A stretch of DNA of 64,000 nucleotides, from positions 1 to 64,000 of the forward strand of contig QPMI01000435.1 of the NCBI GenBank assembly GCA_004431415.1, written 5' to 3'. Positions 54,238 through 64,000 of the stretch are shown piece after piece; positions within the stretch are counted from its first letter, which is position 1; the number at the start of each line of letters is the position of its first letter. Source of the stretch: Cyanophora paradoxa CCMP329. Lineage: Eukaryota; Plantae; Glaucophyta. The position numbers were made by a program, and so were the translations under genes. Below the pieces are notes generated by a model, which had not been told where the DNA came from, did not search any database, and saw nothing but the letters and a program-made list of their open reading frames with translations.

Positions 54238-55779
54238 TCATACACTTCGAATAAATGCACCTGTGACATCCACTCTCATAGTTGGGGTGTTGATGTATAC
54301 AAGTGGATAAATTCGAATATACCTTGTCCTCAGAGGGTAGCCAATATAGAAAACGTCTCTAATAGAGGTGGGATACCCAGAACTGTATGAGACATCACCA
54401 CTGTTGTGGGCATTATTAATAGTTTCACACATAAACACTCTGTTGACACCTTCATACTTGATAAATGACCAGGAAACACCATCTTGTGATGTTGCAACAT
54501 TGAAGGTCTTAATAAAAGCGTTTGTTACACCAGAACCATATGCAATTATAGATGCAACCTCAAATATGTATGGGAAGGTTACTTGGAGATACTCAGTGGG
54601 AACACTCCATATCCCATCAGGAGCAGATGCATTTGCTTCCCAACCTGTCAAGGAAGGTCTTGCTTTAAATGCCTCCCTTTCAATTTTTGATGATGAAGCA
54701 GTGAATGCACCATCTGATAGAAGATACCAGTTAGCATCAATGGGAGGTATGTTATTCAGAGTGGATGATATATAGAACCTTGCAGGGTTCTTGATTTCGT
54801 AATTTGCAACCAGTAAATCACAGAGTCTATCAATCATCACAGTGTTTGCTGCTATATATATTTCGGTTGCATCTATCATATCTGGTATTTTAGAGGTATC
54901 ATCCAAAGAGTTTACTATGGTCTTTGGAAGTGGAACAGAGAGTCTATAATATCTTGCATATCCTTGATCATCATTGTATGGGAGAAACTCTTGCATCTTT
55001 TCCAGAGCAGACAGTTCACTTGCAGCCATCAACATATTGATTAATGGACTTCCAGAGGTCGAAGCAATCCAAGAGAGGATGCCCCAGCTGTTCACATCTT
55101 CATAAGAGTAACCCACATTTGGAGCATCTGTTTCATTGACTTCACCACAGGATATACTTATCACTATAATATCATCATCATCATCATAGATCTTCTTAGC
55201 ATGACTGTAACCACAGACACTGGGATTGTTGTTACCTGAGATTGCACCATCAATTAGAGACATCCCATCATAGTTCACAGGTGAGAAATATGTTGGAGCA
55301 GCAGAGGTGGATCTTGCAGCAATCTTGCTGGGGATGGATTTGTAGGAGTTATCATTGGTGATAAAAATGGGCTTCATACTCACAGTGTCAAAACTTGTGA
55401 TCACTACATCTTTGAGAGAGTCTTGAATGAGAGACTCACCAGTAACAGTGAGAATGGCTGTCTCCAATGGGGTCACATCATACTTGGTGTTGAAAAGTGC
55501 ATTATCAATAATATTTCTGGGATTTGCAAAGATTAAGGGGAGTTGATTGAGATAAGTGGAATGCAAATCGGTTGCAGTAAGTTTAGGTTCGTTTGGAAAT
55601 TCGGGATTTTTCACATTGAGACCAATCGCAATTATCCCACCAGTGGATGTTCCACTCACCAGATCAACAAGGTCAATTACTCTTTTTCCTGTTCGAGTTT
55701 CGATTTCTTTTAACAATCTCGTAATAATTATACCACGAGCTCCCCCACCTGATAATGAGAGAATTACACGAAGGGGCAT
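54238..55779 (-). CDS. Patatin-like phospholipase fused to F5/8 type C (discoidin) domain
   Basis: LSGGGARG, GTSTG, SAAPTYF, DGA; EYLQV.F...SQDG..W...TRYIRIYP...MRVDV.G. Confidence 0.9.
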   Translation of the reverse strand: MPLRVILSLSGGGARGIIITRLLKEIETRTGKRVIDLVDLVSGTSTGGIIAIGLNVKNPEFPNEPKLTATDLHSTYLNQLPLIFANPRNIIDNALFNTKYDVTPLETAILTVTGESLIQDSLKDVVITSFDTVSMKPIFITNDNSYKSIPSKIAARSTSAAPTYFSPVNYDGMSLIDGAISGNNNPSVCGYSHAKKIYDDDDDIIVISISCGEVNETDAPNVGYSYEDVNSWGILSWIASTSGSPLINMLMAASELSALEKMQEFLPYNDDQGYARYYRLSVPLPKTIVNSLDDTSKIPDMIDATEIYIAANTVMIDRLCDLLVANYEIKNPARFYISSTLNNIPPIDANWYLLSDGAFTASSSKIEREAFKARPSLTGWEANASAPDGIWSVPTEYLQVTFPYIFEVASIIAYGSGVTNAFIKTFNVATSQDGVSWSFIKYEGVNRVFMCETINNAHNSGDVSYSSGYPTSIRDVFYIGYPLRTRYIRIYPLVYINTPTMRVDVTGAFIRSV

Positions 55780-55828
55780 CTTTACTTAACTCAAATTTAA
55801 TAAATCTCTATAAGTAGAGTAAACAGGG

Positions 55829-58800
55829 ATGAGTTTCAATTACCCAGCAAACCTTCAAACCATTCCCTCATCAGGAAGAGGGAAGGCAGATAACAAACAT
55901 GTGAATTTCGATAACTTGACAGCCAGAGGGTCAATCTCAATTGATCACAGTGCAGATGAACCCTCAAAGACTCACCCAAGAGAGCATGCACTTTCAATAA
56001 ACGAAATGGATCCCGAAAAGGAGGATGTGAGTGTTGCTTTCAGCATGGGGAATGTGAAATCGAATCAAGTAGCCCAGATTAAAGCAACCAGGAGCAGACC
56101 AAGAAAACTGAAAACCAGTGGAACCCATCCAGATATTCCAACTCGATTCGATAGTGGTAGGTTAATATTCAATGTTCAAAATGAGAAGGGTGGGCATCAG
56201 AGTGGTTTGAGAATCTATAATGAAGGATCAAATGCAATTGCACAAATTCCCGAAATATTACAGATAGCCCCCCATGGAGAAACCAACAAAATCGAGTTCA
56301 CTAACAATGTTTATCCACGAGATATTGTGGCGAATTCGGCTTCTAATGCGCAATTCGGTTTCCAACTACCTGGTGATACAGCAAAGAATAAGGCGTCTAT
56401 CACTGTCAACAGTAGCCCCACTCAACCAGTAACAGTTCATTTACACCCAGACCTTGTCGAAATGGATAGGCACCTTTTACCTTTGGTGACAAACACCAAA
56501 GATCTTGGTATTAGAACCAGACAATGGCGAAATATCCATGGAAGCAATGTCTATGCAAATGGAGAGAAACTTGTAAGTGAGAAGACCATAAGAGAGATCT
56601 TTGAGTATTATGGACCTGTCCCAGTTCCCTTCCCACTACCATGGGATCCACCAGATTTAACACCCAAAAAGCAACCAGGAAGAGAATACACAGCAGATGA
56701 GACAGTTCCTTTTGGTCAACACATTGTGAGTTGGGAGCAGGTTCGAAATAAACCTATAATTGAACCAAGAAAGCAAATTGATGAGCAATATTTACCTCCT
56801 GAAATTGATATTTTGGAGCTTGACGAATACCAATTCGTTCCAGATGAGGAGGAATACCTACCTGATGGTTTCGACCCACAAGAGTATGAATATGATCAAT
56901 ATGATCCCAATGAGGAAGAGTATTTACCAGATGGTTTAGATCCACAAGAGTATGAATATGAGCAGAATTATGAACCCCATGAGGAATATTTAGCAGATGG
57001 TCTCGAACCACCAGTTGTTGATTATGAGCAACCATATGAACCCCATGAAGAATTATTACCAGATGGATTTCGCCCAGAGATTTGGGAGTTCTTCCCAGAT
57101 TGGGAGCAGATCAATAACAAACCAGCAAGATTTCCACCAGAGGATCACAACCATGACTGGGATGAGATATTAGGTAAACCAGAGAAATTCCCACCAGAGG
57201 ATCACAGGCATGACTGGGGTGATCTGGATGGGATACCAGATAAGTTTGCAGCAAGCAACCATGAACACACCTGGGATGAGATCAATGACCAACCAGAATT
57301 CGCAAAAGTAGAGCCTCTTGCTACTCTGGGAGTTTCTCTTTACCAGACTTGCAATGTCCCTGAAAGGATCTTTTTGAATCACCACTATGTTCATGTGGAA
57401 GGGACACTTGCAAATTCAGCTATGATAGGACCATTGCATATTAGAACATTACCAGGCTCTTATAATCCACCACCAGAACCAGGAGCAACCATACCAAATA
57501 TCTTTGTGTCAAGCTACATGGAGGTTGACATACCCACAGATACTTTTAGAGTTCCAACAGACCCAGCAACCTACCAAAATTACAATGCAGCTATACAGGT
57601 TCATGTTGCAGATGTGAGCAGTCTGGATGGATCAAGACCAATGATAGTTTTCAGTCGAGATAAATACTCCTACATTCCCATAGTGGGAACTGCAAATGAT
57701 AATTATGGAAGGGCAGAACTTGCATGGATAAAAACGAATTATGGTGGGGTTCTGGAAGCTAATCAAAGAATGGCTGCAAAAAATATTCACAACGAAAATA
57801 TATCGAGAGTGGTAACAGAAGATTATTTAGAAGATCAAGGATATATTGACGAAGGAGAACTAACGAATATTCTTTCTTTATTCGTGATTAAAAATGATAC
57901 AAACCTTACAGTCACAAGTAACATTTACACCAGTAACATTTCAGCAAGTAACATTTGGACAAGTAACCTATGGGCAAGTAATATATGGACAAGTAATATT
58001 TACGGAAGTAATTTAGAGGTTGACTACTTGACTGTGAATATTGAAGCAAACCTACCAAATCATCCTACTTCTAATGTTGTTTTGGATTGGATTGATAACC
58101 ACACACACACAAAAGATGAGATCACAGATTTTGCACATGATCATTTATGGGAGCATATAACAAATCCCCCCTCAACCTTCCCGCCCAGTTCACACACTCA
58201 TGACTACTCAGAGATCACAAACTCTAATCACAGACACATTTGGAGTGAAATAGATGAACAGCCAGTATTCGCACAATTGAATGCAATCGGAAACGTTTTT
58301 AATGGAGTCACACTTTACCAATCGATTAATACACCTGAAAGGCTATTTTTGAATGATCATTATGTTAGTCTCAATGGGACTTTTACAGGTCAAACAGGCA
58401 CTCCAATGGAGGGAACTCTTGCAGTAAGATTACCCAGGGATCCAATTGTAAATGGAGTTTATGATGGCGATTTCAATGTAGGAGTAAATGATACTTTCCC
58501 CAGTATTTATGTCACGAATTATCACCCAGGTGAAATAGGACAAGTAGCCAATTTCTCGGCAGCAATACAAGTAAATGTAACAGATCAAAGTGCATATGAT
58601 GGAGCAAGACCTAAAATAGTATTCACAAGGGAGAAAGTCGTTAACTATCTTCCTGTTGTGGGACAACCCACAGATGATCACGGAAAGTGTGAGATGGCGT
58701 GGATCAAAACGACAACAGGTGGCGCCTTAGAAGTCAATCAGAGAATGGCGGCGAAAAACTTACACAATACCACCCTTTCCGGTGTTGTTACAGATGATTA

Positions 58801-60736
58801 TTTAGAAAACAAAGATTATGTTACAAATACAGAATTACAATTAGCTGTTACAGATTTTGTTACAGATACCGATTTAACGGCGGCACTTGCTAATTATCTA
58901 CCTCTAACAGGTGGAACTGTAACAGGAACTGTGAATGCTACCACTTTACAAATTGGCGGAACCACAATACCAAAAGGTTACGATTTCGACCAATTAGATG
59001 TGGTTTCATCAGATAGAAGCGCAAATAATTGGAATTTGAATTGGGTCGCAAGAACAGGACAAACAGGATGTTACACAACACCACATAATGATGAAGATTG
59101 CAGTGGTTGTTGGATGAGGTGGACAGTTCCAGAAGGTATGAAATCGTTTTACATTCAGCATATGCCGTGGGCGAATTGTCGATATTATGATATCTACGGG
59201 CAAACAGCCAATAATTACCAGCATTTCTTAAAACGTATAAATGCATATCAGGGAATCCAGGCAGTTAATCAAGATGGGACACATAATACTGTTTTGTTTG
59301 CCTCAATCAATTGTGAGTTTTACACAAAGATATACATTCAAGGTCGAAAAGGTCGCATTCATCTAACGGGTGTTTTCGGTTGGAGTAGACAGAGAGCAAC
59401 AGATAATGAATTGGGCATGATCTCTTGGGATAATGTATATAGCAAACCATCATTTTACTCAGCCGCAGACCTCCCAGGAACAGCAACATGGACAGTAAAC
59501 AATTGGTTAAAATCAACTGATAATGTCCCACGATTTTGGTTTGGAAATGGTCAAACAACATATATTCGAGGTTATGAAAATGGTGATGGTGTATCTGTCG
59601 AATTTAGAAACTCAGCGGATGCAGCAATCTTAAAATCATATGGTAACGGTAACTTTTGGGTGAATAATACTATTACAGCATCCACTATTAATGCTACTAC
59701 CAAACTCCAAATAAACGGTAATGATGTCCCAAAGTTTCACACAGCAGATAAAACAGTAGGAGCAATTGAGTTTAATAGATGTTCTCAGGGTTGGAGCTAT
59801 CACTGGGGGACATCATGGGATCCATATTATAATTATGGTTCATATGTCTATAATGATCAATATGATGACCAAACTTCTACCGCTTGGATTGACTTCGATA
59901 TTCCCGATGGATACCACACAGGAACAGCATTTTTAACTTATTTACCTTGGCAAAGCTCACGACTTTTTGAAATTTGGGGAGTTAATAGACAAGGAAATGA
60001 AGTTTTTATTACATCAGTGAATAGTTATCAACCATACGCCACATCTCCTGATAATAACCATAGTGGTTTAAATAATGTTCCTATACATCTTGGTAATCGA
60101 TTTCTCACAATTCGAATTAGACCAAAGATTGGAAGAGTTCATATTATGGGTATAAGCTACATGAAAATATGGGTTGGACATAGTTATGGCGGTCACACCG
60201 GTTATATTCATTGGAATAATGTTTATAGTAAACCAAATATCTTAACAGGATCTGTGGGGACTTGGTTTAGTTCAAGTGATGGATACCATCGTATCCATTT
60301 CGGTAACCAAACTTCTACATATTTGAAAGGAGGGGGAGATATTCCCCTTGTATTCCGAAATGAACAAGATACTGATATTTGTTACATGTATCATGGAGGG
60401 TGGATGTGGATAGGAGGGTATTTAACACAAGGAAGTGACATAAGATACAAAACAGATATTAAAAAGATAACCGGCGCTCTTTCAGCAATCGAGAGATTAG
60501 AAGGAGTAAGTTTTAAACGAATTGGAAGCGAAAAAGACGGAACAAAATTAGGTTTAATTGCACAAGATGTTCAAAAGGTAATACCAGAGGTAGTTAATGT
60601 TAAAAAAGACGATGGCTACCTATCTCTTGAATACACAGGTTTAATTCCTGTTCTCATTGAAGCAGTGAAGGAGTTATCGCAGAAATGCAAAGATTTACAA
60701 AGTCAAATAGACCAAATTAAAAATGTCACAGTATAA
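55829..60736 (+). CDS. 1635-aa fibre protein with acidic and His-x-His repeats, duplicated domains and C-terminal peptidase S74-like intramolecular chaperone
   Basis: SDIRYKTDIK...GLIAQDVQKVIPEVV...YTGLIPVLIEAVKEL followed by a coiled coil. Confidence 0.88.
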   Translation: MSFNYPANLQTIPSSGRGKADNKHVNFDNLTARGSISIDHSADEPSKTHPREHALSINEMDPEKEDVSVAFSMGNVKSNQVAQIKATRSRPRKLKTSGTHPDIPTRFDSGRLIFNVQNEKGGHQSGLRIYNEGSNAIAQIPEILQIAPHGETNKIEFTNNVYPRDIVANSASNAQFGFQLPGDTAKNKASITVNSSPTQPVTVHLHPDLVEMDRHLLPLVTNTKDLGIRTRQWRNIHGSNVYANGEKLVSEKTIREIFEYYGPVPVPFPLPWDPPDLTPKKQPGREYTADETVPFGQHIVSWEQVRNKPIIEPRKQIDEQYLPPEIDILELDEYQFVPDEEEYLPDGFDPQEYEYDQYDPNEEEYLPDGLDPQEYEYEQNYEPHEEYLADGLEPPVVDYEQPYEPHEELLPDGFRPEIWEFFPDWEQINNKPARFPPEDHNHDWDEILGKPEKFPPEDHRHDWGDLDGIPDKFAASNHEHTWDEINDQPEFAKVEPLATLGVSLYQTCNVPERIFLNHHYVHVEGTLANSAMIGPLHIRTLPGSYNPPPEPGATIPNIFVSSYMEVDIPTDTFRVPTDPATYQNYNAAIQVHVADVSSLDGSRPMIVFSRDKYSYIPIVGTANDNYGRAELAWIKTNYGGVLEANQRMAAKNIHNENISRVVTEDYLEDQGYIDEGELTNILSLFVIKNDTNLTVTSNIYTSNISASNIWTSNLWASNIWTSNIYGSNLEVDYLTVNIEANLPNHPTSNVVLDWIDNHTHTKDEITDFAHDHLWEHITNPPSTFPPSSHTHDYSEITNSNHRHIWSEIDEQPVFAQLNAIGNVFNGVTLYQSINTPERLFLNDHYVSLNGTFTGQTGTPMEGTLAVRLPRDPIVNGVYDGDFNVGVNDTFPSIYVTNYHPGEIGQVANFSAAIQVNVTDQSAYDGARPKIVFTREKVVNYLPVVGQPTDDHGKCEMAWIKTTTGGALEVNQRMAAKNLHNTTLSGVVTDDYLENKDYVTNTELQLAVTDFVTDTDLTAALANYLPLTGGTVTGTVNATTLQIGGTTIPKGYDFDQLDVVSSDRSANNWNLNWVARTGQTGCYTTPHNDEDCSGCWMRWTVPEGMKSFYIQHMPWANCRYYDIYGQTANNYQHFLKRINAYQGIQAVNQDGTHNTVLFASINCEFYTKIYIQGRKGRIHLTGVFGWSRQRATDNELGMISWDNVYSKPSFYSAADLPGTATWTVNNWLKSTDNVPRFWFGNGQTTYIRGYENGDGVSVEFRNSADAAILKSYGNGNFWVNNTITASTINATTKLQINGNDVPKFHTADKTVGAIEFNRCSQGWSYHWGTSWDPYYNYGSYVYNDQYDDQTSTAWIDFDIPDGYHTGTAFLTYLPWQSSRLFEIWGVNRQGNEVFITSVNSYQPYATSPDNNHSGLNNVPIHLGNRFLTIRIRPKIGRVHIMGISYMKIWVGHSYGGHTGYIHWNNVYSKPNILTGSVGTWFSSSDGYHRIHFGNQTSTYLKGGGDIPLVFRNEQDTDICYMYHGGWMWIGGYLTQGSDIRYKTDIKKITGALSAIERLEGVSFKRIGSEKDGTKLGLIAQDVQKVIPEVVNVKKDDGYLSLEYTGLIPVLIEAVKELSQKCKDLQSQIDQIKNVTV

Positions 60737-60739
60737 TAA

Positions 60740-61048
60740 ATGGCGACCTATCCACTCGGTGGAACTCCTTCTACTTCTTCTGAGCCTGTCGCTCTTGCAT
60801 TCGATACTATCAAACTTGTAGCCGCACTACAAACTGTCGAAAAAACGATACAGCAAACCAACAAACTGTCACCGGTTGTTCATGAATATAAAAACCTTTT
60901 GGTTAATGTCCTTGCGCAATCGGCTTATGGTGACCCAGTAACAAAATATGGTGAATGTGATTCTAACCTCAAAGCGATGACATCCAACATCCAATGTCTA
61001 ACAACCGCTTACCAATCTCTTGGATCCAATCTAATTGCTTTGGCTTGA
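60740..61048 (+). CDS. Hypothetical helical protein
   Basis: 102-aa ORF packed between fibre genes. Confidence 0.6.
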   Translation: MATYPLGGTPSTSSEPVALAFDTIKLVAALQTVEKTIQQTNKLSPVVHEYKNLLVNVLAQSAYGDPVTKYGECDSNLKAMTSNIQCLTTAYQSLGSNLIALA

Positions 61049-61087
61049 ATGGTGTTTATTTTTCTTTATTTCTTAGTAAAAGAAGCA

Positions 61088-61942
61088 ATGGGTGAATATA
61101 ATCGAGTTCAACTTCCAATATATTCCCTTGGATCCCCTGCTATGCACTTTCGCCAGCATGAAGTTAATGATGAGGTTCGTGGTTTAGAATCAACAGAGAG
61201 ACCCAATTCCAATGGTAACTCCTTTGATAAGAATTCGATTATTCGAGTTAAAGAACTGAGAGCAGACAAGAATTCTGGTGTGGTTAAAACAACTCGACTC
61301 CTTGTCTCAAATGCGAATTTCTTCCAACCTACTAATGGAGGTCCTGATGCTTACAGTGTTGATCTGAAAGCCCTTGATTTCGATAAGAATTCTGCTGCTG
61401 TTACTGTGAGATCAGGAGGAGCATTTATTGGGGGTGGCTGTCGAATTTCAGGTCAACTTTCATCCTCAATTTCGTATAATGATGTCCCAGATACTCTTGA
61501 ACAAAATGTAGAGAATCCCCAACGAATACGTTTCTATACACCAGTTGCACAGCAACCTTTTCTACATTTCTATGTTGCTTCCTCTGTCACTCTTGAAAAT
61601 TCGGAATTGGTTATTATAACAGGAACTGATCGAGTAAGAAGAAATATTCCGCTTCCCACAGCAATGCTATCTATGTGCAGAGCAAACAACAATCAAACAG
61701 GTCATAATTACCTATTCTTTGTTCAAGCATCAAACCATTTCGGTCGAGGATATTGTGTTTATAACAATTTGACATTTACCTATGATTTGTTTGTAACTGA
61801 GGTTGGAGTTTACAATACTATGATTATGGGACTGAGGACAGATATAGCAGCTGTTTCGGCACTTCGAGGGGTAAACGTTGCAGATATCTTCACAACAGGG
61901 TTTTACCAGGAACCAGATGTGATTGATGACCCAACCCCATAA
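61088..61942 (+). CDS. Fibre/spike-family protein B
   Basis: About 97% identical to 16959-17813. Confidence 0.75.
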   Translation: MGEYNRVQLPIYSLGSPAMHFRQHEVNDEVRGLESTERPNSNGNSFDKNSIIRVKELRADKNSGVVKTTRLLVSNANFFQPTNGGPDAYSVDLKALDFDKNSAAVTVRSGGAFIGGGCRISGQLSSSISYNDVPDTLEQNVENPQRIRFYTPVAQQPFLHFYVASSVTLENSELVIITGTDRVRRNIPLPTAMLSMCRANNNQTGHNYLFFVQASNHFGRGYCVYNNLTFTYDLFVTEVGVYNTMIMGLRTDIAAVSALRGVNVADIFTTGFYQEPDVIDDPTP

Positions 61943-61965
61943 ATTATATATCACTTTAATGTAAA

Positions 61966-62795
61966 ATGGCTGCCCCAATACCAGAACGAATTATTACACC
62001 CCAACTATCATTAGCAGCACCTGCGAATCACGTTTTGCAGCATGCTACCTTTGATGATGTAGAAGGTCTCCAATCCACAGAAGTGCAACCTACCATGAAT
62101 ACATTTGGTTCCACCCACAAACTGAGATTGCAGGAACTCAGGTGTGATAAAAATAATGGTATAGTTAAGACAACGAAACTCCTTGTCACAAATGCAAACT
62201 TTTCTGCCCACTATGGAGACCCAGACAGTTATGGTGATCCTCTTTCTACTTATTCTTTTGAATCTCGGTCGGGAGCTATTAACTGCAAAACGGGGGAGCA
62301 TATATTGGTGATGGTCTTCGGATTGGTGGAGCTGTTGGTGCGCCTCTTTTCGTAAATGATCAACCCAATCCCATTGATCCCAACACCAGAATTCGCACCT
62401 ATGTCCCCAGTATGAATGCACCATATATTATCAAGATCTTCCCAATTGTTGTGAATGAGCAGACATCAGTAGTTGATTCTCTTGTTGAGATTGGTGACCA
62501 CTACAAGGTGGTTGTCGATATCCCACCAGATGTTTATGCTGTCTGTCAAGTAGAGGGTGGAACCCCAAATATTGCAGTTGTGATCACTCCATATGACAAT
62601 TTCGGAATCGCTTATCATGGTGTGAATTTCGGTCTTGAAGATTACCAGTTCTTGGTGAGAGCCACCAGATTTGGTATCTACAAATGCATTCTCTATGCTG
62701 AGAGAACCGATGCTATTGCAAAACAGAATACATATGCAGAATATTACGGCACAAATCGCTACTTCCCCATTTTCGGGCAGGATACTGCTCCATAG
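61966..62795 (+). CDS. Fibre/spike-family protein A (frameshift near 62290)
   Basis: Near-identical to 16112-16935. Confidence 0.72.
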
Positions 62796-62822
62796 AAATC
62801 TCAGGTATATATAGAGAGAGGG

Positions 62823-63095
62823 ATGGATGATAAAACAAAGAAATTCATAGAGTCTGCAATGATGGTTCATGGTGATGCTAAATTCGATTACAGTGAGACA
62901 GTCTATAAGAAAGCACAAGAGAAGGTCTCTGTTAGATGCCTCAAATGCAACAAGATCCTCCAAACCTACCCATTTAATCATGTAAGGGGAAGTGGATGCA
63001 GAGAGTGCAACAAGAAATCCTCTCATGCTTACAGAAAAAAGACTACATCAGGAATTGTGATAGATGATAAACCAGTAGTATTATATTTTGATTAG
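62823..63095 (+). CDS. DUF723/CapR-like zinc-ribbon protein
   Basis: FIE.A..VHG..FDYS...Y.....V...C..C......NH.RG.GC..C. Confidence 0.7.
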   Translation: MDDKTKKFIESAMMVHGDAKFDYSETVYKKAQEKVSVRCLKCNKILQTYPFNHVRGSGCRECNKKSSHAYRKKTTSGIVIDDKPVVLYFD

Positions 63096-63280
63096 ATCTT
63101 TGAGAGAGAAATGAGGATCTTTCCCCATTTTCCCTTTGTGATTATGCATGTATCAAAGCAGTTTGGACAGGTCTTGTGGTAGTGCAGCAGAATGATATCC
63201 ACCAACTCATATGGTAGCACTCTTGCTAAGATGGTTCGCATTCTACCAATCGCGTTTTTTAATTTTTCTAAATTATTCAT
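63092..63280 (-). CDS. Small protein with F-box-like motif and CxxC
   Basis: LPYELVDIIL...CPNC; fills the gap between neighbouring genes. Confidence 0.35.
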   Translation of the reverse strand: MNNLEKLKNAIGRMRTILARVLPYELVDIILLHYHKTCPNCFDTCIITKGKWGKILISLSKI

Positions 63281-63282
63281 AA

Positions 63283-63684
63283 ATGAATACTCATCGAGGC
63301 TTCCATGTGATGCTGGATTACAAATTCAGAACCCAATTAGCAGTAGGAATGGAGGACTTGGAGACAACAACCAGGTGGTTAATGCAGTTCTTGCAAACTA
63401 TTATTCAAGAGCAAGGTATTCGAGTAGTTCACAAGCATTGCGAGATTTTCGATGGTGGTATTTCTCCTCCTGGTTTTGCAATGGTTCTTCTGCTGGATGA
63501 GAGCCATTGCACTGCTCATTGTTACTCAAATGAAGGTATGTTGGCGATTGATATATTCAGTTGTGGATTAGAAGCAGAGAGGAAAACCACGAGAGTATCT
63601 CATGAGATAGATGAGAGAATAACAGGTGTGTTTTCAGGGTTGGAGAAATCGGAGAAACATAGAGTATTGCGATTTCCGAGTTAG
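63283..63684 (+). CDS. speD: S-adenosylmethionine decarboxylase proenzyme (prokaryotic SpeD-like), intact
   Basis: GFHVMLD, LLLDESHCTAHCY (E-S self-cleavage site), AIDIFSCG. Confidence 0.9.
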   Translation: MNTHRGFHVMLDYKFRTQLAVGMEDLETTTRWLMQFLQTIIQEQGIRVVHKHCEIFDGGISPPGFAMVLLLDESHCTAHCYSNEGMLAIDIFSCGLEAERKTTRVSHEIDERITGVFSGLEKSEKHRVLRFPS

Positions 63685-64000
63685 TTGACACTGAGAAATT
63701 CAGAATTTCAGATGGTCTTACTGAAAATGGTCAGATAATCGGGTGTGACACCTATTTAATTGACTGTGACGCCTCTTTAATTGACTGTGACGCCTGTGAC
63801 GCCTGTGACGCCTACTTTCAAACTTTTTAAAATTTTCAAAAATGACAGACTTCTTAAAACAGCCGTCACAGCCGTCACAGGCGTCACACCCAATTAAAAA
63901 TGGAATCTCTTTCTCTTACTGAGATATTCAAAAATATATTCTTGTCTTACTGAAATCCGTCTTGTGACACCTCTGACACCTACAAAACACTATCCATTAA
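63589..64000 (-). repeat. Element 3 right TIR (partial)
   Basis: Reverse complement of 39173-39584. Confidence 0.93.

Larger units (their letters stand above)
38415..64000. mobile_element. Polinton-like virus element 3 (left boundary uncertain, ~38360-38910; right TIR runs out of window)
   Basis: 39173-39584 is the reverse complement of 63589-64000; full capsid module, pPolB, integrase, primase-helicase. Confidence 0.9.

Noticed and set aside
1-64000. Prophage or bacterial island interpretation (S74, C1q, SpeD, DUF5710)
   Set aside because: No terminase, portal or HK97 capsid; rve integrase, pPolB, TIRs with 6-bp TSD and a LINE indicate eukaryotic Polinton-like viruses
1-64000. tRNA or rRNA genes
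   Set aside because: None recognised by eye; tRNAscan-SE/Infernal would be needed to exclude them

Overview
The window is a cluster of three related, integrated Polinton-like viruses (PLV/Maverick-type, Preplasmiviricota), most likely in a eukaryotic (protist-like) genome. Element 1 (<1 to at least 14984, probably resuming after 36720) is partial. It carries a packaging ATPase, an AT-hook protein, a frameshifted PolB-SF1 helicase-HNH polyprotein, an rve integrase, a DUF5710-like gene and an S-adenosylmethionine decarboxylase. It is interrupted by a 5'-truncated GC-rich LINE (RT-RNase H-CCHC; 2804-7684; 18-bp TSD). Element 2 (14985-36720, 21.7 kb) is complete, with ~765-bp TIRs and a 6-bp TSD (GTAATG), and sits inside a 32-bp tandem repeat. 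It encodes pPolB, rve integrase, a double-jelly-roll MCP, two divergent penton-like proteins, an ATPase, a patatin-discoidin fusion and an array of modular fibre genes. Element 3 (~38.4 kb to >64000) has matching TIR segments, the same capsid module, a primase-SF3 helicase followed by an iteron-type origin-like structure repeated in the TIRs, a pPolB/integrase pair broken by an inversion plus deletion, a 1635-aa fibre with a peptidase-S74-like chaperone, and a second AdoMetDC. Most frameshifts I checked are single-base losses in homopolymers, probably long-read errors. All family calls are by eye from motifs; no searches were run.
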